A DNA stretch of 64,000 nucleotides from Schmidtea polychroa. Its lineage: Eukaryota. The first letter of the stretch is position 1, and each line of letters starts with the position of its first letter. Below are positions 43,501 to 55,949 of this stretch, piece after piece. The stretch is taken from positions 28,832,001 through 28,896,000 of the forward strand of contig CM097885.1 of NCBI GenBank assembly GCA_044892525.1. The letters are read 5' to 3'. Under the pieces are notes generated by a model, which was given only the letters and a program-made list of their open reading frames with translations, was not told the DNA's origin and made no database searches. The position numbers and the translations under genes are program-made.

Positions 43501-45982
43501 TTTCCGACCAGGTTATATGCGGTCTGCAGACTAATCTCTTGCTCGGAGGCGATTGTTTTTGTATCGGTATTTTTTTTCAACCGATTTTCGGACTCGTTTT
43601 ATGATTTCGAGCGTAACAGTTTGCCGCTTTTTTCGAACCCTGACATCTTGGTGCTCTTCGGAGGTTTGTTCAGTGCTGTTGGACATGGTTGAGGGATTTA
43701 GTTTTGAATGCATAAATTCCAGTCTTAAAATATATCGATGTAGGTTTTTAAAATTTCAATATAAGTTTTTAGATATATTGTTTCAAGATTTTAAATATAT
43801 TATTTAAAGATTTTAAATATATTGTTTCAAGTTTTTACATATATTGTTTCAAGATTTTAAATATATTATTTCAAGATTTTAAATATATTATTTCAAGATT
43901 TTAAATATATTATTTCAAGATTTTAAATATATTATTTCAAGATTTTAAATATATTTCGTCATAACCCTGTAAACCAATAACTTTAAAACTGTTTTTTGCA
44001 TTAATTGCTAAATGTTTTGGGGACAAATGTATATCATGTCCAAACAGATTATGAAATATAACTGGTATGAATTTCGGTTTTTTACAATTTAAATTACAAT
44101 TATTATGAGCTGCCCCTCTGAAATTATTTAATTTTTTAAAATGATCATTATCTAGAACTTTTGGATTATTAAAATTGTGGAAACCCCCGAATTCTTGTTT
44201 ATGCAACCAACAAATTGTAGAATTTTCATATTCTGTAAATTGTTCTGGTGAAATATTTAATAGAAAATCAGTTTTTAATTTTTTAAATAAGAATGATTCC
44301 AAGGAATTTATACTTGTAACAAAATGATCTAGGGTATCCCCTGGTGAAATTCCCCGATATACTATTTCGTGTGATTCAATTATTTCTGGATAATTACTTT
44401 TGATAAATAAATGATATGCTTATGGAACTTGTTTAGTTAATTTTACTGTAAAAGGTTTTTTGTTTAGTTTAAGAAAGTTTTTCATTTTTTCTATTTGGTT
44501 TGGTTGAGAATCTGTTTGTGTTCTTGTTCCTAAATCATATTCATACCAAGATTCTGATAATTTATTTTTTTCTATAACATTTAGGTATTCTTGTTCTAAA
44601 TTTTGTGGTATATTAATTGCTTCAAAATCTCCATAAATTGTAACAAGAAATTCTAATAAATTTGAATAATTTTTAAATTTCATTTCAAGATTCTCTGGCT
44701 TTTTAATTAATGCTGGTTCATTATATCGACATAATCTTTCATGTTTTATTCTGACAGCATCAGAAGTTGAATAATAAGTACATCTTTCACAAGTGTATCC
44801 TTGTACTCGATGAGAGGATGATGATCTAGATCTCATAAAACTTTGAAAATTTTTTATCCATACATAATGAGAAATTAAATCATTGTATCAGTTGAAATCT
44901 TTTCTAATATTAATAAACTTATTGTATCAAAAAGTACGGTTGAAGAATTCACACTTGATCTATAATATAAATTGGCATAACCTCGTCGCCATCTAATTCA
45001 TAAATATTAATTCTAAGTTGATTCAATCTTTCAAATTTTGACATGTGTTCTATTTTCATTGGGTTCTCAAAACCATCTCAGAATAAAATTTCATATTCAT
45101 ATTGTCGATATTTAGATACTCGATAAGAATGTTGTTCTTGAAGATGTAAAGCTGATAGTATTGCCCATAGGAAACATTTATTATCTTTATTTTGAACATT
45201 TATTATGTGTTTAGAAATAAAAAGCGTTGGAATATAGGATTTGGGAACTGAGGGATTTCTTTTCCAATAATCTATTTGAATATTTTCAAAGGAATCGAAA
45301 CGTAAATTTGATTCTCCTAATTCTTGTTCAGATTGTTCTTGGGATTCTCGCAACTCTCGAATAACTTCTTTGATTGTTTTTTTAAATCCTTTCATTGAAT
45401 ATAAATATTTATAATCAATTTGAATTCTAAATTTTAAAAGATTTTCTGATTGGTCTATGGATTGGTCAATCTGTCGACAATATTTTGCGTTTATTCCAAT
45501 TTTATATTTTATAATATTAAACCTTGCACCTTTGAATCTTTTTATATCTTTTTCCATTGATTCTTTTATTTCATCTGAATTTTTTTTAATATATGAAGAA
45601 ATTGTGGATGCTCCAATTTATTCACTACCAGATTCATCAACATGATTAAATTCATTCCAACCTTCATCTTCATCTTCATCTTCACATTCTTTAGAGTGTT
45701 CCTTTAATTCAAATTTACTTTTGAAGACTTCGTGACACTTGAGACATGAAAATGATTCTCTTATTTTTTTTATTTCAATACAATTTCTGAAATGTTTATC
45801 AAACCCTAAAAAAATATCTTTCTTTACACTTGGTACAAATTTTAGAGTTGTTATCATCTAATAAACTTGATTTCCTTAAATGATCTTTTGATTTTTTATG
45901 TGAAATTAATCCCGTTTTTGATTTGAAACTCCTATTACATGAATTACAAAAATAATCTTGGGAAGTTTTCTGAAGTATCCAT
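40535..45982 (-). pseudogene. Protein-primed DNA polymerase B, interrupted by a transposon
   Basis: NKDNKCFLWAI, YGDFEA, FRGAAHNNCNL, FHNL, KGVYPYDY, IRGGIS, YIDATALY, KLLNNSVFGK, MDTDSMF, YDDKRY. Confidence 0.93.
42610..43969 (-). mobile_element. Tc1/IS630-like DNA transposon with tandem ~24-bp repeats in its long TIRs
   Basis: Right end TA|CAGGGTTATGACGAAA. Transposase 42777-43686 has FSDETG, MDN..FH and LPPYSPQLNPIEE. C-terminus deleted, one frameshift. Confidence 0.92.
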
Positions 45983-46566
45983 TTTTTTATTTTTAGAAAA
46001 TGTTTTTAGTGGTTTATTTTTATAATATAAAATTTGACAACTTCATATTTTACATTGTTGGGTATTAGTAAATTTACTAATTCCCATAATTATTGAAATT
46101 TTCAAGAGGTAACTTGTTTCCAATTGAAATCATTGCATGTGTATAATATATATGAACAAAAACCTTATGATCCATATTTTCTACTAAAATATGAGTTTCA
46201 TTTTCTTTTCAATTATTATGCTGATCTGTCCTTTTCAGGTTCTCTGTTCAATTTTTGTGATCCACTTAACTATTTCGATATTTTTATAGAAAATTATTTC
46301 CATAAATTTTATAACAATAAAAACAAATAAAAATCATCAACTTACAGAAGCGATAATATAAGTTGACAACTTATTAATTATTTTATGATTTCAATATTAA
46401 TAGATCTAATTTATATGTTATAAGCAATAAACTTAAATTTCAGTTTTAATTTTTATATATAAATTAAACAAAAATACTATTTTAAGACGGGATAAATAAA
46501 ATATTGATTATGCAAAGAAAGTAATTGCTAACTTTTTATAAACACAGGATAAATGAAAAAACTTAC

Positions 46567-47558
46567 TATTGAGGTCAGTAAATTAAAATACATTTAAATA
46601 AAATGTAGGTCGAATAAAATTGTGGTCATGCACAGAATTGATAGCAAAGGAAATTATGATGGAAACAGTATAAGGAAATAGCAAAAGCAGTTACGAAAGG
46701 CAAAATTCCGAAAATCCGAAAAAATCAATAAATTGTAAATTTATCGAAATTGAATCGGAAAAACGGGACAGGTATAAATTAGCTAATGGTCAACAAGATG
46801 GTGATTAGGGATTTATCAGAAAATGGTTAAAAAGGGTCGAAAAGCATATGAATGTGTTAAAACAGAAAACGTTAATTAATTAATTAATTGGCTAATAGGA
46901 AACCCAACCCAATGGAGAACCCGAGAGATGAAGGAAACCCAAGCTCGATTAACATGGAAAATAAACAAAATGAGAATCTTGGAAGGCCATTATCATGACA
47001 GCATGATTAATGGAGACAAATAAAGTTTGGGCTACTACGAAGGATTAACAAAGGAAGGCAATTAATCACGATATGGTTCAAACAACGTTCGAGGAACCGG
47101 TTGTCAAACCATTGTCAGATAGAAGCAATCCAGTCAAAAAACCAATTAATCAAAGTGATTATTTTAGTATAAAAGCAAAGTCGAAATTCAAAATAATCGT
47201 CATTCTTCCTCAGCTAGGGACACGAAAAAACTGAGCTTAGAGTAATCAGGAAGTTAGGGAAACGAACGGATAGAGTTAGGAAATATTTGAGACGTGAGAA
47301 GAAAATTGAATTGAAAGCGAACCAGATCAAATAGTAAAAGTTCGATTGAAAGGTGAATATTGACAAAGATTTTGACAAAGCATCAGCGCGGAGCGGAGAT
47401 AAAATTAATCTGGAAAAACTCTGTCGTTTATTGTATCATTGGATTTTGAGAGATTTGTGTGATTCAAATATACGTTGGGTAGTTTATTGTTTTGTTTTTT
47501 ACGATTAAAGGAACACGTGGAGTCAGAGGTTACCGACTTGAATTAATAAAACCCAACA
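46567..47558 (+). mobile_element. Solo LTR of the same Gypsy lineage
   Basis: T(A)TTGAGG...AAAACCCAACA, perfect 4-bp TSD TTAC, shared internal motifs. Confidence 0.88.
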
Positions 47559-48079
47559 TTACTATAAGAACTTTTTTCAATTTTCACCCTTGATTTCTTT
47601 ATTTATTAAAAAACTTGACTATGAATCAGTAAATATATCGATGATTTTTTCGATATTCACGAATTTTCAACACTGTCTTTTTCAAGTGATTTTGAAACTT
47701 ACTGTTATAGATATTTACCAAAATGAAAATAGTTAAAAATTTTTATTTCTAATATAGATAATTTTTAGATAATAAAATAAATTCAATCAAACAAAAAGTA
47801 TTGATAAAAAATTATTTTAGGATGAAATAAATTCTTTACTTTGTAAAAAATTTATATTTGTAAATTTAACTGTTATATAAAAGTGCAAAAAAACTCTAAA
47901 CTGTATGCAATATTTAAATATCAAAATAATTTCTAATAAATGATATACACTTACTTTGGACAAATTTTTTTCAAATGTCATAACTGAATTATTTTCTTTT
48001 TTTAAAAATTAATTAAATAAAATTAATTAATTTAAAACTTTATTTTTTCAAATTTTAAATAATTTACTATACATAATTA

Positions 48080-48305
48080 CCGTATATACTCGTGTATAAG
48101 CCGAGAAATTTTGGGCAATTTTTTAAGCTAATTTTTAAGCTAACATGTCAAAAACAAGATTTTGTGATTATTTAAATAATTCGTCAGATTTTAGCTATTT
48201 TTTTTACCTCGGCTTATATACGGGTACTTGATTTTGGACAAAAAATTGACTATAAAAACTCACTTCGGCTTATATACGGATCGGCTTATACACGAGTATA
48301 TACGG
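48080..48305. mobile_element. Tc1/mariner-pogo-type MITE
   Basis: TIR CCGTATATACTCGTGTATAAGCCGA, TA TSD. Confidence 0.9.
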
Positions 48306-49066
48306 TACGCGTATTTAATAATATTAATTAACTTCAATGTATATAAAAAGAAACCTCTAAAATTTGTATAATTCATTTATATTTGTTAGATAATATAAAG
48401 TGACGATTTCTTGGATGATTAAATGATAATTAAGGGCTTTCGCTGCGAAAAAAATATATTTTAAAAATTATTTAGGAAATTGAAAAGAACTATTTTTATT
48501 GTTGAAAATTCTTTCATTTTATTAAATATATACTTCGCAGCAAAAAGCCTAAATAATCATTTAATTGTTTAATACTCGTTAAATAAATATTATTAAATTA
48601 AATAACTGTGTTAAAACAAATCGAAGCGCACATAATTTCCCGAAATTTTATGCAATATGTAAATATCAAGAGCATTTCTAGTAATTAATATACAATTATT
48701 TTGGACAAACTTTTTCAAATGTCATAACTGAATAATTTTCTCTTTTTAAATCAAATGGAACATGGTAATGTTAAATACGGATAAAATAATATTAAATAAA
48801 TTATTATTTACTAAAGTTCTCTTTAATTCAAAGCAGTTCCGGTGATCATTCATCAATTTAATATTTCAAATTCTTGAAAATATTAATAATAGTTTTTCAG
48901 ATTTTATCTAAATAAATTCAGAAATATTAAATATTTATTATATGCAAACATATTATAAATATTTAATTATGTACTGTTAATAGGGTTACCACCTTTTTCT
49001 CGACCGATATATGAACACTCAAAACAATTAAAAAATAATAATTTAAATAAAAAATCAATATATATA

Positions 49067-52000
49067 TTAGGGTGGGTCAAAAATTTTTTTTTTCTCCAAA
49101 CATGCCTAAAAAGTTGTGCTTATGCTAGAAAATGAAATATCCCTGCAAAAGACTGCTGTTTAAAAGGGTTTAAGGTCCCAACTTTTGTTTGTATGTATTA
49201 GTACTATCCCAGTAAAAATGCTCGCACACGTGCCATTGTAAATTCATCCTGCAAGCAGTCACACGCTTGCAGAAAGACCATTTTTGACATGCTCTATTCA
49301 CAAGTCCAAGCTAACGCGTGCATGTATAGAGAGGTTAATTCACGGAAGCACCTTCACACAAGCACTCACAAAGACAATTTCTTCTGAACAATACTAACAC
49401 ACACACTACAGTCAACACATAATCCACATGGATACTACTAGTCAGTCTAAACTCAGATAATTTAATTTGTTTCGATTGGATGTCAAGTGTTTGCTGGACC
49501 TAATTAAAAAAGTTAACTTGATGATTCACTTTTATTTTGCCAGAGCTGAGTACAGAAGAGCAGTTATGAAGGGACAGAGAAATAAGCAATTTCGCAAAAC
49601 AAGAAGTATATCACGTCATTGTCTGTTTGGTCAAACTTGTGAACTACCCAGAAACCAATTACCTACTTGTGAAGATGTGTTTCGTGATTACTGTTACAAT
49701 GAGAAATGTACGCAATTTCATACTGGCTTTAACGAACAAGCAACTCTTCTCGCAAATAAGGTGAAGGAAATTTATATGAAGGCAAGTATCCCAACTGTTG
49801 AGTTCAGTAGTATTGTGGTTCGTGTCAAGCGACTAATATCAAAAGTGCGTGAATTAGAGAAGTATCCAGAATGCAAGAGGTCATCTGCCAAATTTCAAGA
49901 TAAGTTAAGCTCGTTTTCCAAATTGTTTGACATATGTTGCTGCAAATGTTTTAATGATGGTGCTCGTGGAAGAAGTCAGTGTACATGCCGATTGGCCTTG
50001 AAAATTCCTACCTTAGAGTGGGAGTTCTGGATTGACCAACAAACTACCAGAAACATGAAAATCGGAAATACGGACAGACAGGAAACCTCAAAATTGAAGA
50101 GAAAACAAACGAAAAGCAGCCCTACAGGAAAAGGAAAACAAATGAAAAATGAAATAATGGACACTGAAGTTAACGATCTACATCCGACCTCAAGAAGTGA
50201 CACGGAGAGTGAAGCCGCTAGTGATGAAAGTAAAGATAAGTTAGACAATTCAACAGAAAGCTCAGAGTCAAGCGTAGAAGAATGTGATGAATATCAAAAT
50301 AGAAGACATTATCCTGAATTAAGTAAAGCTGTTGACAGATGTGGTGTGAGCAACAGAGACACGTGTTTGCTAGTAAACGCTTTTCTGAAAGATATGGAAC
50401 TGTTATCCTCTCAAACAATCATCGATCCCGCAAAATTACGGCGTCAGAGAAAGTACTGGAGGGAGAGAGAAATTGAACAGCATTCAGCAGAAGCGAAAAA
50501 CTTGATTTGCCTCGGTTTCGACGGGAAACAAGATTCCACCTTACTTCATAGAAGGATCCTAAAAGAGGAGCATTATGTGATTGTCGCCTTTCCAGGGGAT
50601 ACATATATCGATCATGTTGTACCTCAAAGTAGTAAAGCTGTGGATATTGGCAAAGAAATCATGTCAATCATCGTTAGCACGCAGTCCTCACTGACCGTTC
50701 AAGCAATTGTGTGCGATGGAACCAATACAAACACCGGAAAAAATAATGGAATAATCAGAAGACTCGAAAAAAGCCTAGGGCGACCTCTACAATAGCTGAT
50801 ATGCTTGTTGCATGCAAATGAATTGCCATTCAGGAAGTATTTTTCAGTCGTCGATGGTGGAGAAACAAAAGGTCCAAAAACGTCATGTGGTGAAATAGGA
50901 AGCGTTCTTGATTTTGATCCAAAAGACAAGCCCGTAGTAGCCTTTATGTCCCTTCCTGGAAAGGTCGTAGATATTAGTGAAAATGTCAAGAAAGAATTGA
51001 ACACTGATCAATTGTATTTCCTCAGAGTATGCTTGGCAGTCCAGAAAGGGTACCACAACAACAAGGATGTCCCTTTTCTACAAATGGCACAACCAGGAAA
51101 TTTGAATCACAGTCGCTGGCTAACGAAAGCTAATAGAATTCTGCGACTATATATGTCCGAAACTGCTCCATCTGAACCTCTCATGCGAATAGTGAAATTT
51201 ATTGTCAATTTCTATGGACCGTCATGGTTTTATATAAAGACTCACTCGTCATGCCAAGATGGTGCAAGAAATATTTTTTATATGCTCCAACTTCTGCAGG
51301 ATTTGGATCCATCAGACCATGAAATCATCTTTCCTGTCATTCAGAACAACAATTACTTCTCACATCCAGAAAATATACTCCTAGCTGCTGTTGGTGATGA
51401 TGATGAAGAAATCAGAAAGTTTGCAACAGAAAAAATCATAACTGCAAGACAAAATTTTCTCCCTTCCGAAGTGATTCGCACTATTGACAAGAATACTGTC
51501 TTTCTTCAGTCGTCTGCTACATCATATGTTGACATGATTGACTGGACAAAATGTAATTTGACGCCTCCCCCTCTTTTATCTCATATATTGGATCATGAAT
51601 TGAAGATGAATAAGAAAATTACATTAGAACAATTCCCCTGTCATTCTCAAGCCGTTGAAAGAGCCATCAAAGATGTTTCTTCTGCCAGTTGCAAAGTGTT
51701 TGGTCACAAGTCCAGACATGGTATGGTACTACTGTGTAAAAAATCAAGGAAGGAATTGCCCAAGGTGCAAAGCAAAGCTGATTTCATGTGACTTCTTTTT
51801 ATGCCCTCGCTAATACATTTCTAAACTTTTGGCTGGATGTTTTTAATAAAAAATAATTTCGAAAGTTGATTTTTGTCTTTGAAAAGGATAATTCAAATTT
51901 GGCCCTTCCTAATCATTGACGTTGTCAGGATATATTTCAATGCGGGATGAGGACACAGAATATACTATCTCAGCCCAAGAGAGTAAATAATATACTTATA

Positions 52001-52235
52001 AGCTCTTAAGAAAGCTACATCTAAATATGGACAAAGGCGCAAAACACATTCCGACACTAGCCAAATTACATTGTTTTCACACTTATGTTGAACTGCATTT
52101 TCGGAGAAAAGTTGGGAGCAGTAAATGTCCATAAATCTAAGTAAAATGGTTTGATTCGATTTTTCTATACCAAAATACAACTTTTTAACCATGTTTCCTT
52201 GAACTCAAAATTTATTAACATTCAACCCACCCTAA
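49067..52235 (+). mobile_element. hATm-like DDE transposon, nearly intact
   Basis: TIR TTAGGGTGGGT / ACCCACCCTAA, inserted in a TA run. Confidence 0.8.
49566..51791 (+). pseudogene. DDE transposase (hAT/Mutator clan, hATm-like) with one nonsense codon
   Basis: FDGKQD, CDGTNTNTG, CLLHANEL (CxxH), HSRWLT, PCHSQAVER. The two ORFs are in frame across TAG 50793-50795, where W is expected. Confidence 0.85.
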
Positions 52236-52613
52236 TATATATATATACAAGTTATACAATATAATAACAAAATAAATAAATTTAACGTCAAAATTTACAA
52301 AATTTGACAACACCTAACCTACTGAAAATTTTTAAGAGTACAATATTTACCCTTCAGACAAGTTGAAGAAAACTCGTTACAAAAACTTAACTTTAACTTT
52401 ATTAACAAACAGGTAGTAGCATTAAGTTAACGTAAAACAATATTTTTAAGATAAAAAAAATTTTTTTAATTTTTTTACATGGAATTTAATTATTTGATAC
52501 AATAGCCGAACATTTTAATGTTCGGTCTGGGTGCCAAACGAACAACGAAGAATTCATTTGATTACCGAACTGTTCGTGCGAAAACCGAACGGGTGGTAAG
52601 CCTAACTGTTAAT

Positions 52614-52702
<89 letters not shown>

Positions 52703-53285
52703 GAATGACACATGAACTATGAGTATCAGCAATATCAATATGTGATAGTTTTTAAAATTTCATTTATTTTCATTACGCCAGTGGATCAACTTTTTTTCAA
52801 GTGGAAATATATGAAAATTAGTTAAATTTTAAAATGATCAAATTCACTTGAAAAGGCAGTGCCCAAAATTCGTGAGAATCAACAAACATCGATATATTAC
52901 TGATTTATAGTCTTCAAGCTCTCTTTTTAATAAATTCAATAGAAAAAATAATCAGTGGTGAAATTGGAAGAAATAAAATTTTTTATAATAATAAATTTTA
53001 AAAGTAAATAAAAGCAGAACACAGATGAATCAAAAACAATTTATCAGCAAACAGTTTGTAATTAATAAATCTAATCTTTATTTTAAGTTCTCTGTTTTAT
53101 AATTAATTTGTGAACTGGTTCAATAAATTTTATTATAATTTTTATTAATTCGATTTGTAATTATTTCAATTAATTTATTATTTTTTTGTTATTTTGTTAA
53201 TTTTATAGAATTATTTTGTTTAAATATTAACATAAAGGATTATAAAATCGTTTTAGTAAAAGTTCAATAAAAACTACAAAAATAC

Positions 53286-53510
53286 TTCAGTTCGTTAAAT
53301 TTTCGGTTTTTAGCGGCTTCAAGTCTCAGTTTTCGCAATCGAGATTCTTCTTGAATTCGGACACCTTCCAGAAAAAATTCATGTCTTTCCAAGATTAATT
53401 GTCTTTCTTTATCTTGAATTTGTTTTTTAATATCTTGAGTGTACTGGGCAATTTTGCCAAACTTTTTATCGTGTTCTAGTTTTTCTTTTTCAATAGCTTG
53501 TAATTGAACT
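53286..53510 (-). CDS. CFAP45: CFAP45 penultimate exon
   Basis: AG/GT boundaries. Encodes VQLQAIEKEK...IKKQIQDKE...FFLEGVRIQEE...KFNELK. Confidence 0.85.
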
Positions 53511-53558
53511 CTACATATCAAATGTATTAGTAGTTGAGGGGAGTTTGAGAAAAGTTAC

Positions 53559-53725
53559 TTAACCATTCTGTCGAAATCAACTTTATCAATACCAGCTTGA
53601 ATAGCAACTTGTTTTGCTTTATACATCATTTGTTCATTTCGAGCATCTTTCAAAATTCTTTCGGTTTCAGCTTTTTTAAAAGCTTCTGCTTTTTCTTTTC
53701 TTCTCCATTCTCGCTCACTGTCTTC
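53559..53725 (-). CDS. CFAP45: CFAP45 internal exon
   Basis: EDSEREWRRKEKAEAFKKAETERILKDARNEQ contains the REWRRKEK signature. A 48-nt GT-AG intron joins it in phase to the next exon. Confidence 0.88.
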
Positions 53726-54881
53726 CTATATTGAATATTGTTCAATTTTGTACACAACTATATAAATTCCTTATTGAATTTGTTAAATATTTACTAAAAA
53801 GAGTTACAATAACAAACCTGTTAGAAAACAAATTAATATTAAACAGTTTATGGTCACTGTCAATTTCCTGTTTTGTGAAATTATAAGAAATGAAATAGAA
53901 ATAAATAATATTTTGAAAATGAATATTTATTGGACAAAAAGGAGAATTTTGACCTTAGACAACCTTTCAAGGACATCGTAAGGACACAAAAAGTATGCAG
54001 TGCAAAATATTGTTTTAATCAATAAAATGTTTTATTTAAATTACTACAATTACTAATTTCTGTTTTATGTCGTGGAATTTTCTTTAAATTTAGATTTATT
54101 AATTGAATTATTATACTAAATGAATTATTATTATAAAATGGTTGTTTCTTGGTATCAGCATAAATTAAATGTTAACTCTGTTTAGCCACGTCTTGTCTAT
54201 TCGCGTATGTATTGTTTTAATGTTATTTAACCCTAAAGATTGTACATATACAGTTTATATCCTTAAATTAAAGCTGATCTGTCAACATCGTTGCCCATAA
54301 TATTGTCTGTTATAATTGACCAATGAGAAGTAAGAAAAAGTAAATAAATGAGAAGATCAAAGAGAATTTTAGAAAATAGAAGAAGCTAAACTCCATGAAA
54401 TTGACAAGGATTATCTTAAAGTCGAAACTTTTTCATTTGTATTAAATATATTATTCACAGCAAAGGGCTTAAAGTATCATTTAATTGTTTTTAAATTTAA
54501 TTAATGCTGCTAACAAGTAATCATCACTTTATATTGGTTTATATTTAAGGAAATATTTCGAATATTTTTATAAACACAACCACTTCTATTAAGTTCTTCA
54601 ATTCATGTTGTTAATATTTCAACTTGTTTGATAAAAGAAATTGAAGCTGTATAAAATCTTTCTATTTTATTATGACTTTTTCTGCAATTCTTTTTATTTT
54701 TTTCATTCTTCTTCTGTGTACTACTTGTAATCTTTTTCGTGGTTTATTTCTATGGATTTTAACAGGATTTATATTTAAAGATTTTGTATAAACAACATGT
54801 ACCAATATAAAATTTTACAGGACATTTAAAATGTTTATAATAAACATTTTAAATTTCAGAGAACCCTTTAATATTTATTTT

Positions 54882-55115
54882 CAGTGCTTTTTTTCTGGAA
54901 AAAAAGGTGCTGGAACGTATCTGTACTATCCTTTATATGCAAATAAATGACGCTGAAATTAGCTAACAAATAAAATAATTATGCAGGATACAAAATATAC
55001 ACTTATTAGTTAATAGTAACTTATTACCAAAACACATGACAATTTTTTAAAATCATTCAGCGAAAAAAGGTGCCGGAACGCCGTTCCGGAGCGTTCCGTC
55101 AGAAAGAAAGCACTG
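54882..55115. mobile_element. hAT MITE
   Basis: TIR CAGTGCTTT / AAAGCACTG, perfect 8-bp TSD TTTATTTT. Confidence 0.9.
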
Positions 55116-55949
55116 TTTATTTTCCTTGTTATTTTATATCTGGCAAACTTGATGGCTGTTGAATATTTAAAACTTTCAAGTTGAATTATTCCAGGGTAAT
55201 AATATTTAAAAGTATTAGAGATTTCTTCAGGTTCTTCTTATTTTGTTGTATCTTTAATTTTTTAATGTAATTTGGTTTCCATGTGAAATTTCACATATGT
55301 ATTTTTATAATATTTATTGCAAAACTCACAAAAAGTTTCAATTTTTTGGCTTTGGGTCATCATTTTATTATTTTTTATTTGGTAATCTTTATTCCAAGAT
55401 TGTCTACTTTGATTATTCTGAGTCTTAGAAGTCTGATAAATCTCAGGAGCATATTTCCAATCAAATAAGTCTTTATATTTTTTACTATCCTCAGAGGATG
55501 AAAAATCATCAACGATATCATTCATGATTTCATCAACACAAAAAGCTTCAATTTTTTGGCTTTGGATAATTATTTTTAATATTTTTTATTTGCTAACCTT
55601 TATATTTATGATTTAATAAAAAAACTTGAATTTTGGGAGGGAGAATAAATTGAGGTGTAAATACTGTCTAATATGATCATATGATTTGACTATAATTTCT
55701 TTATCTTCATATGATTTCATTACATTTTTCAAATCCACATTTTTAAATTGCTGCATGAGATGGATAAGCTGATGATTTATGCAAAGATTTTTGTCCACAT
55801 GATATCATTTTTATTTATTCTTTTTTATGTTTTCACTTTTCCTCACACTTTGTCACACTCGTATTTTTAGAGATATAAAAATTAAAGATTTGGATTCTTA
55901 TGATTCTTATGATTCTTAGGTAGCATAAAACCAATGATTATTAGACCGA

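Larger units (their letters stand above)
35012..45990. mobile_element. Polinton/Maverick (adintovirus-like) element, decayed
   Basis: Integrase, packaging ATPase, pX-like core protein, protease, penton, fiber-like ORF and pPolB. Confidence 0.93.
48981..52604. mobile_element. Non-autonomous hAT element hosting a nested insertion
   Basis: TIR TAGGGTTACCACC / GGTGGTAAGCCTA, perfect 8-bp TSD ACTGTTAA. Confidence 0.9.
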
